Virus record (IMG/VR): IMGVR_UViG_3300000290_000191
Direction: 5' to 3' (one strand)
Source of the DNA: a virus
Lineage: Duplodnaviria > Heunggongvirae > Uroviricota > Caudoviricetes
DNA length: 12,662 nucleotides
Of this stretch, positions 1-8,169 are shown in pieces. The notes under the pieces are model-generated. The model had not been told where the DNA came from. It saw only the letters and a program-made list of their open reading frames with translations, and did no database searches. A program made the translations under genes and the position numbers. The stretch's first letter is position 1; each line of letters starts with the position of its first letter.

Positions 1-38
1 TTCTTTTCAGAGGGTATTTTAAATAAAAACATTAAGTT

Positions 39-296
39 ATGACGAAGAAGAACGGATACGCCTTAAACCGGAAATTTTTCATAAATAGCGAAAACCCGCG
101 AGGTCGCCGCCCCGTAACCTGTCGGATCGCCGGAAAGGACCCGCAAAATGATAATAATTATCATCTACATGTCACAACGTGCATCTACGCCATCAAACCA
201 CGTCAAATAATCAATTATGACGCAGGTATCGTATTAATTGATCTGCATCAACTTAACGTAAAAACAACTTCAGACAATACAAATCAGCGACACTGA
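39..296 (+). CDS. Doubtful small ORF (85 aa) with no recognisable family; region may instead be regulatory
   Basis: ORF in six-frame track; contains a perfect Fur-box-like palindrome at 149-163 inside it; no convincing RBS; composition not protein-like in places. Confidence 0.2.
   Translation: MTKKNGYALNRKFFINSENPRGRRPVTCRIAGKDPQNDNNYHLHVTTCIYAIKPRQIINYDAGIVLIDLHQLNVKTTSDNTNQRH
149..163. promoter_or_regulatory. Fur-box-like 7-1-7 inverted repeat TGATAAT-A-ATTATCA
   Basis: Sequence at 149-163 reads tgataataattatca, an exact match to the 7-1-7 Fur box consensus TGATAATnATTATCA; about 150 nt upstream of the ORF starting at 312. Confidence 0.4.
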
Positions 297-311
297 ATAC
301 GGGGCAACCTC

Positions 312-506
312 ATGTCAACGAAGAACAGAACCCGCAGAACAACAACCCGCAACATCCGCTTTCCTAACCAAATGATTGAACAAATTAACATCGCTCTTGA
401 GCAAAAAGGGTCTGGGAATTTCTCAGCCTGGGTCATTGAAGCCTGCCGTCGGAGACTAACGTCAGAAAAGAGAGCATATACATCAATCCAAAGTGATGAT
501 GGATGA
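312..506 (+). CDS. Small basic protein (64 aa), possible ribbon-helix-helix DNA-binding fold
   Basis: Translation MSTKNRTRR...RFPNQMIEQINIALEQKGSGNFSAWVIEACRRRL shows beta-strand/helix/loop/helix pattern typical of RHH (Arc/MetJ/CopG-like) proteins; size and position near bor resemble small DLP12-type accessory genes; identity not verifiable without search. Confidence 0.45.
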   Translation: MSTKNRTRRTTTRNIRFPNQMIEQINIALEQKGSGNFSAWVIEACRRRLTSEKRAYTSIQSDDG

Positions 507-867
507 ACATCCCGGTTTCTTCCACCATCGCACCGGAAAAGCGACTATGAGGGTAACCCTGCGTCTGTCAGCACAGTAAAACCCGGTGTGCATCGTTTTT
601 GATTATTCCCGCACACTCACGCAGAAGGAATTCCCCGTCGGGCTACGGTCATGGTTAATGCGGGAATACGGCGACGATACAGCGCAGCTAAAAGGGTAAT
701 GGACAGATAGAGCGGTTTATTTCATTCCACAGGATTCTGAGTGCCCCCCCCTCCTCCAATAGGCTGAGCATCCACCTATATAGTTTTAATTTTCATCAAT
801 CCATTTAACTATCGTTTAATTGTTGTCACATAGGATTCTGCCGTTTTTAACAATGCAGGATAATAAG

Positions 868-1243
868 ATGAAAAAAATGTTGTTTTCTGCCGCTCTGGCA
901 ATGCTTATTACAGGATGTGCTCAACAGACGTTTACTGTTGGAAACAAACCGACAGCAGTAACACCAAAGGAAACCATCACCCATCATTTCTTCGTTTCGG
1001 GAATTGGGCAGAAGAAAACTGTCGATGCAGCAAAAATTTGTGGTGGTGCAGAAAATGTTGTTAAAACAGAAACCCAGCAAACATTCGTAAATGGATTGCT
1101 CGGTTTTATTACTTTAGGCATTTATACTCCGCTGGAAGCGCGTGTGTATNNNNNNNNNNNNNNNNNNNNNNNNNNNNNNNNNNNNNNNNNNNNNNNNNGG
1201 CATTTATACTCCGCTGGAAGCGCGTGTGTATTGCTCACAATAA
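868..1243 (+). CDS. bor: Bor-family outer-membrane lipoprotein (lambda Bor / DLP12 BorD-like); coordinates include an N-run and a 33-nt exact duplication that are probably an assembly artefact
   Basis: Translation MKKMLFSAALAMLITGCAQQTFTV...ITLGIYTPLEARVY matches Bor; lipobox LITGC; AGGA RBS 7 nt upstream of ATG 868; C-terminal segment GIYTPLEARVY encoded twice (1117-1149 and 1199-1231) flanking 49 N; true gene likely 97 codons. Confidence 0.88.
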
Positions 1244-1274
1244 TTGCATGAGTTGCCCATCGATATGGGCAGCT

Positions 1275-1736
1275 CTATCTGCACTGCTCATTAATATACT
1301 TCTGGGTTCCTTCCAGTTGTTTTTGCATAGTGATCAGCCTCTCTCTGAGGGTGAAATAATCCCGTTCAGCGGTGTCTGCCAGTCGGGGGGAGGCTGCATT
1401 ATCCACGCCGGAGGCGGTGGTGGCTTCACGCACTGACTGACAGACTGCTTTGATGTGCAACCGACGACGACCAGCGGCAACATCATCACGCAGAGCATCA
1501 TTTTCAGCTTTCGCATCAGCTAACTCCTTCGTGTATTTTGCATCGAGCGCAGCAACATCACGCTGACGCATCTGTATGTCAGTAATTACCGCGTTCGCCA
1601 GCGTCAGTTCTCTGGCATTTTTGTCGCGCTGGGCTTTGTAGGTAATGGCGTTATCACGGTAATGATTAACAGCCCATGACAGGCAGACGATGATGCAGAT
1701 AACCAGAGCGGAGATAATCGCGGTTACTCTGTTCAT
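1275..1736 (-). CDS. Rz: Rz i-spanin (inner-membrane spanin subunit), 153 aa
   Basis: Translation from [53 protein letters not shown]... is near-identical to lambda Rz as recalled; ATGA start/stop overlap with upstream R gene at 1733-1736. Confidence 0.93.
   Translation of the reverse strand: MNRVTAIISALVICIIVCLSWAVNHYRDNAITYKAQRDKNARELTLANAVITDIQMRQRDVAALDAKYTKELADAKAENDALRDDVAAGRRRLHIKAVCQSVREATTASGVDNAASPRLADTAERDYFTLRERLITMQKQLEGTQKYINEQCR
1334..1516 (-). CDS. Rz1: Rz1 o-spanin lipoprotein embedded in +1 frame within Rz
   Basis: 60-aa [50 protein letters not shown]... with lipobox VVGC and proline-rich tail, entirely nested in Rz as in lambda. Confidence 0.9.
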   Translation of the reverse strand: MRKLKMMLCVMMLPLVVVGCTSKQSVSQCVKPPPPPAWIMQPPPDWQTPLNGIISPSERG

Positions 1737-2310
1737 TGCTGACCCCACAAACAGATTTCACGCTCAATCTCACGACGAGTCATGAGACCTTTCCATTGCT
1801 TACCGCCAGCATATGTCCAGCGACGTAGCTGATCACATGCGCCTTTGATATCGCCCTGGTTTATTTTGCGAAGAAGCGTCGATGTTCTGAAATTGCCAGC
1901 ACCCACGTTGTAAACGAATGAGTAAAGAGCGCCGCGCATTGTTTCCGGTATATCGACTTTGATGTACGGGTTAATTTGTCTGGCGACCGTGGCAAGGTCT
2001 TTATTCAGGAGGGCTTTGCATTNNNNNNNNNNNNNNNNNNNNNNNNNNNNNNNNNNNNNNNNNNNNNNNNNNNNNNNNNNNNNNNNNNNNNNNNNNNNNN
2101 NNNNNNNNNNNNNNNNNNNNNNNNNNNNNNNNNNNNNNNNNNNNNNNNNNNNNNNNNNNNNNNNNNNNNNNNNNNNNNNNNNNNNNNNNNNNNNNNNNNN
2201 NNNNNNNNNNNACCATCGTTACCACTTGGGCCAGTGATTAACACTGATGCTATAGCAATTGCTCCGCCACCAATAGCAGCAGCAACGGCTTTTCGTAATG
2301 ATGGAGGCAT
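1733..2310 (-). CDS. R: SAR endolysin (phage-21 R / DLP12 RrrD-type T4-lysozyme-like), interrupted by N-run 2023-2211
   Basis: N-terminus [33 protein letters not shown] is a Gly/Ala-rich signal-anchor-release segment; post-gap in-frame translation ...[55 protein letters not shown]...CLWGQQ matches RrrD-type lysozyme; 1-nt TAATG overlap with holin stop. Confidence 0.9.
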
Positions 2311-2525
2311 TATTCACCTCTCGCAGCCTTGCGCTTATCTTCTTTAATCTTGAAATAAAGGTTTGTCAGGTACGTCAGCAGGCCAAATACCAGGCTACCC
2401 AGCACACCTATTGCTGCCCACTGTGAGGGCGTGACTTTATCGAGCAGCTGTAAAAACCAGTAACCGGCACTACCTGCTGAGGTGCCATAGGCGACACCCG
2501 TTGTTAACTTATCCATGGATTTCAT
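2310..2525 (-). CDS. S: Pinholin (S21 / EssD-type class II holin), 71 aa, with dual-start motif MKSM
   Basis: Translation [71 protein letters not shown] closely resembles phage 21 S; two Met codons separated by Lys-Ser give the holin/antiholin pair; immediately upstream of SAR endolysin. Confidence 0.9.
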
Positions 2526-2654
2526 AACCCCACCTCGCAGACAAAGCGGGTGTAAATTAAGGGGATATTACGTATCGCAATAAAGGCAGAAACGTAACAG
2601 ATTCGGAGTCAGTGAATAACTCAGGTATTGGGTTATCAGCTAATATCGAGACTC

Positions 2655-2687
2655 AAAAAATGGAAAAACCCGCTCGACGGCGGGTTT
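2655..2687 (-). terminator. Candidate intrinsic terminator on minus strand, about 130 bp upstream of the holin start
   Basis: Perfect stem CCCGC(2669-2673)/GCGGG(2680-2684) extendable with flanking A/T pairs, 6-nt loop, followed on the minus strand by a U-rich tract (from + strand A-runs 2655-2668). Confidence 0.4.
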
Positions 2688-3250
2688 AAGCTGTGTGACG
2701 AAGTAACCACTCTTAACAGCATAACCAATTTTTTACGTACGTAAACTACTAAATGATATTTGTGAGAATGCCACCGAGTGTTCAAAACACCACCACAAAT
2801 ACATAAGAAAACTTCAACAAATAATCAGTTAATAATTTCCGATGTTATTTTTAGTTTGTTTAAATTAAGCTAAAGAATTATAGAGCACTTATAAATAAGT
2901 GCCATTAATATAAATTAGCTAATAGATTTATTTTTGTTCAGACAAGAGCCATGAATAGGATTAGATAGAAAAGGTTCAGATAAAAATAGAGATCTACTTC
3001 ACAAATTAAATGAGAAACTAAAACTTACATCTTGAAATAATCACATTGATTAGATGAATATTTATCGCGCAGTGACATCATTTTTTAATAATAGTTCAAA
3101 AAAANNNNNNNNNNNNNNNNNNNNNNNNNNNNNNNNNNNNNNNNNNNNNNNNNNNNNNNNNNNNNNNNNNNNNNNNNNNNNNNNNNNNNNNNNNNNNNNN
3201 NNNNNNNNNNNNNNNNNNNNNNNNNNNNNNNNNNNNNNNNATCAGTACTG

Positions 3251-4365
3251 ATGGCGATGTCTGCTCAGGCAGCTGAAATTTATAATAAAGACAGTAACAA
3301 GCTGGATCTATACGGGAAAGTTAATGCCAAGCACTACTTCTCCTCTAATGATGCAGATGATGGTGATACTACTTATGCCCGTCTTGGCTTCAAAGGTGAA
3401 ACCCAAATCAACGATCAACTGACTGGTTTCGGTCAGTGGGAATATGAATTCAAAGGCAACCGTGCTGAATCTCAAGGTTCTTCCAAAGACAAAACCCGTC
3501 TTGCATTTGCAGGCCTGAAATTTGGTGATTACGGCTCCATCGATTACGGCCGTAACTACGGTGTAGCATACGACATCGGTGCGTGGACTGACGTNNNNNN
3601 NNNNNNNNNNNNNNNNNNNNNNNNNNNNNNNNNNNNNNNNNNNNNNNNNNNNNNNNNNNNNNNNNNNNNNNNNNNNNNNNNNNNNNNNNNNNNNNNNNNN
3701 NNNNNNNNNNNNNNNNNNNNNNNNNNNNNCGCACTACTGGTGTTGCAACTTATCGTAACAACGACTTCTTTGGTCTGGTCGATGGCCTGAACTTTGCTGC
3801 TCAGTATCAGGGTAAAAATGACCGCACTGACGTAACTGAAGCCAATGGTGATGGTTTCGGTTTCTCCACTACTTATGAGTATGAAGGATTCGGCGTGGGT
3901 GCAACCTATGCTAAATCAGATCGCACTGACGGTCAGGTCGCCTATGGTAAGAGCAAATTCAATGCCTCCGGCAAAAATGCGGAAGTATGGGCTGCAGGCC
4001 TGAAATATGATGCGAACAATATCTATCTGGCTACCACATATTCTGAAACTCAGAATATGACCGTTTTTGGTAATAACCATATTGCAAACAAAGCACAAAA
4101 CTTTGAAGCAGTAGCACAATATCAGTTTGACTTCGGTCTGCGCCCATCTGTTGCTTACCTTCAGTCAAAAGGTAAAGACCTTGGTGTTCATGGTGACCGA
4201 GACTTAGTCAAGTATGTCGATGTCGGTGCTACTTACTACTTTAATAAAAACATGTCTACTTTTGTTGATTACAAAATCAACTTAATTGACGATAGTAAGT
4301 TTACCAAAACAGCTGGTATTGATACCGACGACATCGTCGCTGTAGGTCTGGTTTATCAGTTCTAA
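3251..4365 (+). CDS. nmpC: OmpC/NmpC/OmpD-family general porin (prophage-encoded); 5' end and signal peptide lie inside N-run 3105-3240, second N-run 3595-3729 inside the barrel
   Basis: Translation ...[32 protein letters not shown]...GFGQWEYEF...[30 protein letters not shown]...[30 protein letters not shown]...[21 protein letters not shown]...VAVGLVYQF with terminal Phe is a classical 16-strand porin; frame before and after the second N-run differs, so N-run length is not exact or the gene is disrupted. Confidence 0.88.
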
Positions 4366-4376
4366 TCTGACTTACG

Positions 4377-4416
4377 AAAAAGATATGTTGCGGGAGGCTT
4401 TGCCTCCGCAACATAT
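4377..4416 (-). terminator. Candidate tR'-like intrinsic terminator on minus strand downstream of Q
   Basis: About 15-bp stem ATATGTTGCGG(G)AGGC / GCCTCCGCAACATAT with one bulge and TTT loop; on the minus strand it is followed by CUUUUU (from + strand aaaaa at 4377-4381); lies about 140 bp downstream of the Q stop, as tR' does in lambda. Confidence 0.5.
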
Positions 4417-4503
4417 AAGTGGAGCCCTCAAGCCACTTCCTTTAGAAGCACTACCTTGCTTCTTACTATATAAACCTTCTGTTATATATTACCCTTTATT
4501 TTG

Positions 4504-4527
4504 GGGGCGTTTCCACGCCCCATTTTT
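4504..4527 (+). terminator. Intrinsic terminator for porin / IpeX-like transcript
   Basis: Perfect 7-bp GC-rich stem GGGGCGT(4504-4510)/ACGCCCC(4515-4521), 4-nt loop, followed by TTTTT (4523-4527). Confidence 0.6.
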
Positions 4528-4553
4528 AATAACTTTTAGTAAACAATTGCATA

Positions 4554-4937
4554 TCAATTAGAATTATTAGCAACGATATCCATATCTAACCGGATATCTA
4601 ATGCCATTAACATCCCTTCAATTATGCCCTCAGCCTTCTGTAACCTTTTCCCGATATAACCATCCGAGCAGCAATGCTTACTTGCCAGTGACATGAATGT
4701 CATACCACATACATAATAATCTACTAATAAATCGTGTAAATCGCTGTTGTTCTTTTTCAGACGGGCCATGCACCCGCAAATGATCATCGCGTCATCGTCA
4801 CAACAATGCGGGCGAGATTTTACTTTTGAAGGAATTAATCCCTTAAAACCGGCGGCAATGGACGACCAGGCCACATCTTCATGATTATTAGCCGCCCACG
4901 CTCCCCAACGTTCAAGAACCATCTGAATATCACGCAT
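4554..4937 (-). CDS. Q: Q late-gene antiterminator (QuuD/phage-21/82-type), 127 aa
   Basis: Translation [34 protein letters not shown]...[32 protein letters not shown]... with Cys-rich zinc-binding motif matches lambdoid Q family; GGAG RBS 7 nt upstream of ATG at 4937 (track start 4952 is an upstream TTG). Confidence 0.9.
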   Translation of the reverse strand: MRDIQMVLERWGAWAANNHEDVAWSSIAAGFKGLIPSKVKSRPHCCDDDAMIICGCMARLKKNNSDLHDLLVDYYVCGMTFMSLASKHCCSDGYIGKRLQKAEGIIEGMLMALDIRLDMDIVANNSN

Positions 4938-4954
4938 TAACTTTCTCCACAAAA

Positions 4955-5950
4955 TCAGGCCAGCACACCAATCGCCAGTGCGCGATCGATAAAACGAAAT
5001 ATCAGCTCCAGCTGGGAGCCATACTTCTCTTCAAATGCCACGGTATCCGCATGCAGTTCGTCGTGGTGTTTTCTGCACAAAGGCAGCACAAAAAGGTCAT
5101 GCGCTTTTGTACCCATTCCACCCTGACCATGGCCTATCAGATGATGCGGATCATCAGCTGGCTTTCCACAACATGCACACGGCTGCGTCTTAACCCAGCG
5201 CGTGTACTGTTCATTAACCCAGCGACGACGTTTGGGGCGTAACATAAAAGACTCCGGCGACTCCGGATCCACTTTCAGCGCCAGCACCTTTTTCGCTTTA
5301 TCCTGGATAATGCTGGTGGCAGGAACCGAAGGCACAAGGTCACTTTCCCGGGTGACAGACGGCAAAACAGACTTCGGTAATCTCAGTGCCTTACGGGCTG
5401 CGCTTTCCGGTAAGGCATCCGCCAGGTCATTACGAACCAGCCACCAGCACAGTTCCGGCATTGTCACGGCATGGTTATCATTAAAATCGAGATCCCGACG
5501 GACTACAGACAACACCCAACGGGCACAGTTATCCGTTGCCATTGATTCCAGCCGCTCCGTGAACTGATCACGTAACTGATTATCGCAGTGCCAGCACAGA
5601 CGGATTGCGCCCGGCGCGTGTCGCATTGTGGTCATGTTCTCGCTGTGCCAGTCGGAATGAGGCCACTGGCAGCCTTTTTCACGAAGTAACCAGCTTTCAA
5701 GACATTCCACCCCACCAGCACGACGAATCACTGCCTCATTACGGAACACGGCCCGAACGGCAGGATCATCCGCCAGCGGTTGTGATGCCGCGGGAACGGC
5801 ACCACTGGCGAAAGATGAATAATGCTCCGGCTCAGGCTCCAGCAGTACACGCCCCTGCATAAACAGGGGCATCAGCTCTGAACCGGGCCTGAACAATACG
5901 ATCCCCATACGCGGGGCAATTTCAGGGGTCAATAGTGCTCTCACGGTCAC
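4955..5950 (-). CDS. DUF968-family phage protein (YdfU-like) with C-terminal HNH-like Cys/His motif
   Basis: C-terminus ...[45 protein letters not shown] has Cys and His spacing typical of HNH/DUF968 proteins found between nin genes and Q; start ambiguous (GTG at 5950 overlapping upstream stop, or internal ATG at 5911). Confidence 0.75.
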   Translation of the reverse strand: MTVRALLTPEIAPRMGIVLFRPGSELMPLFMQGRVLLEPEPEHYSSFASGAVPAASQPLADDPAVRAVFRNEAVIRRAGGVECLESWLLREKGCQWPHSDWHSENMTTMRHAPGAIRLCWHCDNQLRDQFTERLESMATDNCARWVLSVVRRDLDFNDNHAVTMPELCWWLVRNDLADALPESAARKALRLPKSVLPSVTRESDLVPSVPATSIIQDKAKKVLALKVDPESPESFMLRPKRRRWVNEQYTRWVKTQPCACCGKPADDPHHLIGHGQGGMGTKAHDLFVLPLCRKHHDELHADTVAFEEKYGSQLELIFRFIDRALAIGVLA

Positions 5951-5951
5951 C

Positions 5952-6827
5952 TCAATGAACGGTATCGAGCAGCTTTAACAGCTCAGGGAATCGGGATTCG
6001 AAGAAATGCGGCTGCGTCTCGCGCGGATTTGCGGGACTGGTGATGTTCTTGCCGAACATGCAGCCTTTCGCTGTCAGCGACCAGAATTTTTTGATGTTGT
6101 TAATCGCGGTACGGCTGTATCGTTCGCGCTGCTCGACGATCCCCAGCTTCACCATCTGGTGATATGCCTGATTAGCTGTCAGGCGGATACCATACTGCTT
6201 CAGCAGTGCACTCAGTGACAGCGTGGGACGGCTTGAGCCATCAGGCGCGTCAGCAGGAGCATCAATGGCATAGCGCGGTGCCAGATTCGGTAAGCCAACA
6301 GCCTCCTGGAGTTTCTGACAGGCACCAAGCACTGAAGAGTTAGACAGGTTTAACTCCCGGCGCATAAAGTCCAGCAGAATCACGCCAGCCTGCATCTTGT
6401 CAGCAGCCTGCCCGGATAATTTTTCCGATGCGCTGGTTACCATATCGAAAGTACGGATCACCTTCAGATGGAATGACGGGCTGATCCACATTGCATAGGC
6501 ATACACCAGTTCTTTGCAGACATACGTCCCCTGGTTATTTCCGCCACGAATAACGTTAACTGGCTCTATATTGACCGAGTTGCAAATCTGCAACTCGCTT
6601 ATTAAACGTTCAGTTTGCTCANNNNNNNNNNNNNNNNNNNNNNNNNNNNNNNNNNNNNNNNNNNNNNNNNNNNNNNNNNNNNNNNNNNNNNNNNNNNNNN
6701 NNNNNNNNNNNNNNGCAGGCTTATGCTTATCCAGAGAACCGGCAGCCCTGTGCAGATCGTTCAGGCTGTAACGCCCATAAGCATCACGACGAACTTCAAT
6801 ACCATCAATGACCATCAGATTATTCAT
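5952..6827 (-). CDS. KilA-N domain protein (Roi / antirepressor-like DNA-binding protein), interrupted by N-run 6622-6714
   Basis: N-terminus [30 protein letters not shown] ... [28 protein letters not shown] resembles KilA-N domain; C-terminal half resembles phage antirepressor C domains; GAGGAG RBS 9 nt upstream of ATG 6827. Confidence 0.78.
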   Translation of the reverse strand: MNNLMVIDGIEVRRDAYGRYSLNDLHRAAGSLDKHKPXXXXXXXXXXXXXXXXXXXXXXXXXXXXXXXXEQTERLISELQICNSVNIEPVNVIRGGNNQGTYVCKELVYAYAMWISPSFHLKVIRTFDMVTSASEKLSGQAADKMQAGVILLDFMRRELNLSNSSVLGACQKLQEAVGLPNLAPRYAIDAPADAPDGSSRPTLSLSALLKQYGIRLTANQAYHQMVKLGIVEQRERYSRTAINNIKKFWSLTAKGCMFGKNITSPANPRETQPHFFESRFPELLKLLDTVH

Positions 6828-6846
6828 ACTTCGTTTCTCCTCTTGA

Positions 6847-7245
6847 TCAGGCGGCTGCACCCGCCGTTTTCTCGTACTTACTGATAGTGATCTCGACCTT
6901 CCCTTCCGGGATAACCGGTCCCCACTCCACCAGCATTCTTTTCACCTGGCTGTCGTCTTCCCACACACCCGCGTGGGTCAGGGCGTCAAACAGCGCCTTG
7001 TTATAGTTGTCCAGATCGCGGATCCGGTTATCCGGAGGAAACAACACGATCTCCACTGAAGCAGGTGCCGACGTTGGTTTCGGCATCCCCGCGCCAATCT
7101 GGCGGGCAATGGTTTCAATTGATGGCCAGCACACACCTTCGTCATTACTGAAATCAGCCAGGCGGGCCATAATTGCCACGCTGGATAATTTCATGCCTGA
7201 TGCAGCGCAACCATCCCATACATAGCCGGTTAATTTAGTGCTCAT
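6847..7245 (-). CDS. rusA: RusA-like Holliday-junction resolvase core with atypical N-terminus resembling an HTH_36-type DNA-binding segment (possible in-frame fusion)
   Basis: Residues about 60-132 (SVEIVLFPPDNRIRDLDNYNKALFDALTHAGVWEDDSQV...) carry the RusA acidic catalytic motifs (D-x-D, DD); residues 1-52 (MKLSSVAIMARLADFSNDEGVCWPSIETIARQIG) resemble the N-terminal HTH of phage replication initiators, not RusA; AGAGG RBS present. Confidence 0.7.
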   Translation of the reverse strand: MSTKLTGYVWDGCAASGMKLSSVAIMARLADFSNDEGVCWPSIETIARQIGAGMPKPTSAPASVEIVLFPPDNRIRDLDNYNKALFDALTHAGVWEDDSQVKRMLVEWGPVIPEGKVEITISKYEKTAGAAA

Positions 7246-7593
7246 GACCGACCTCTATTTCCCTGAATTTACGACGAAACTGTTCGAGCGGGCTGAAGCA
7301 CTCATGCTCATAGCCTTCGCGGAGGTAGATAACACGTTGTGTTTCCGGTTCCCAACGAATGACTCTGACGGGCACTCCGTAGTGATCTTTGAACCAGCGG
7401 TTAACTTGTCGCAAAGGACTGTCTCCTTCTGCCGGTTGAAATCACCCACAGCCCACTCAGCAAAGCTGTGGGTTACAATTTCCCTGTCACCTGGTACATT
7501 CACTGCATAGCAATATTCCACCTTCGCTTTTCCACCCGGTACAGGAAGCGCAATCAGTTGCGAGCGACGGTAGTGTGTTGTTAAACTGTTCAT
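7235..7593 (-). pseudogene. Frameshifted hypothetical nin-region gene (about 119 codons if the frame is restored)
   Basis: ORF 7255-7593 gives protein-like N-terminus [52 protein letters not shown] then junk; a second frame from about 7432 gives protein-like [67 protein letters not shown] ending at 7235 with an 11-nt overlap onto the rusA-like start; GGAGAAA RBS before ATG 7593. Confidence 0.45.
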
Positions 7594-8141
7594 GCGTTAG
7601 TTTCTCCACAGTCACGACACGCCACGGCGCCCGGAGCTGCACACTCGCGGGCGTCATTACTTTCTGAAATGCAAAAGATTTTGTAGACCAGTGCTGCATG
7701 CTCCTGCAGCTTCGAAATTGAGAGATACAGCTCGTCGTTAATTGCTGTCTTCTCATGCGGTTCCACTACACCGTCTTCGATTGCTGAACGAATCTGTTTT
7801 GAATAACTGCCGATCTGTTCAATGACTTCCAGCAGACGCTGGTTAATATCGGCGTTGTCCACATCCTCGACGTCAGGAAGAGACACAAATACGCCATTTG
7901 CAGACTGCGCCACAGCATCAGCAATGAAGTGAGTGCCACCAGCACGCTGTAAAACCATTGCCCATCCCAGCGGGAAAATCTGATCGCCATCGGCACGAAG
8001 GCGGTTAAATAATGCGTTCTCTGTTACGTCCAGCCAGTCAGCAGCTTCAGCGTAACCCCCCGGCAACGCTGCGATAGTTTTTCTGACAGCTTTCACGTAC
8101 CACTCAGGCTGTTTTTCTATTTTCCAGTGATGCTTACCCAC
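7590..8141 (-). CDS. CII-like regulator with central HTH (YdaT/Phage_CP76-type)
   Basis: HTH-like segment [22 protein letters not shown] comparable to lambda CII; positioned directly downstream of the cro-like gene; best start is GTG at 8141 preceded by GAGGAG with 6-nt spacing (track start ATG 8252 has no RBS and overlaps cro); ATGA overlap with next gene at 7590-7593. Confidence 0.6.
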   Translation of the reverse strand: MGKHHWKIEKQPEWYVKAVRKTIAALPGGYAEAADWLDVTENALFNRLRADGDQIFPLGWAMVLQRAGGTHFIADAVAQSANGVFVSLPDVEDVDNADINQRLLEVIEQIGSYSKQIRSAIEDGVVEPHEKTAINDELYLSISKLQEHAALVYKIFCISESNDARECAAPGAVACRDCGETNA

Positions 8142-8169
8142 GGTTAACTCCTCGTTTCTGTGGTTACGT

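Larger units (their letters stand above)
4350..4527 (+). ncRNA. Candidate IpeX-like sRNA spanning the porin 3' end and downstream region
   Basis: Established knowledge: in DLP12 an sRNA (IpeX) is transcribed from the 3' end of nmpC toward the Q gene; here the equivalent interval contains a long imperfect hairpin (4383-4416) and ends at a strong + strand terminator (4504-4527); sequence identity to IpeX not verified. Confidence 0.3.

Noticed and set aside
847-1080. Minus-strand ORF overlapping bor
   Set aside because: Antisense shadow of a well-supported gene; low-complexity, Cys/Phe-rich translation
1224-1436. Plus-strand 70-aa ORF overlapping the Rz/Rz1 region
   Set aside because: Antisense to the strongly supported Rz and Rz1; Gly/Cys-rich implausible product
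1959-2347. Plus-strand ORFs running through the N-run opposite the lysozyme gene
   Set aside because: Mostly composed of unknown bases and antisense to the endolysin
3054-3251. ORF MNIYRAVTSFFNNSSKK... running into the N-run upstream of the porin
   Set aside because: Different frame from the porin; almost entirely masked; no support as a separate gene
2023-3729. Treating N-runs as exact-length gaps to infer frameshifts in the endolysin and porin
   Set aside because: The endolysin N-run (189 nt) is longer than the roughly 37 residues expected to be missing, and the reading frame differs across both the endolysin and porin N-runs; the runs appear to be arbitrary-length masks or scaffold gaps, so no pseudogene call was made
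3450-4119. Minus-strand ORFs inside the porin gene (3450-3734, 3916-4119)
   Set aside because: Antisense shadows of the porin coding sequence
5051-6218. Plus-strand ORFs inside the DUF968 and KilA-N genes (5051-5242, 5202-5567, 5605-5862, 6006-6218)
   Set aside because: Antisense to well-supported minus-strand genes; Arg/Ser-rich low-complexity products
6514-7225. Plus-strand ORFs opposite the KilA-N and rusA-like genes (6514-6771, 6615-6884, 7007-7225)
   Set aside because: Antisense shadows, partly through masked sequence
7238-7996. ORFs 7238-7510 (+), 7487-7756 (-) and 7766-7996 (-)
   Set aside because: Overlap better-supported genes in alternative frames or strands; no RBS; implausible composition
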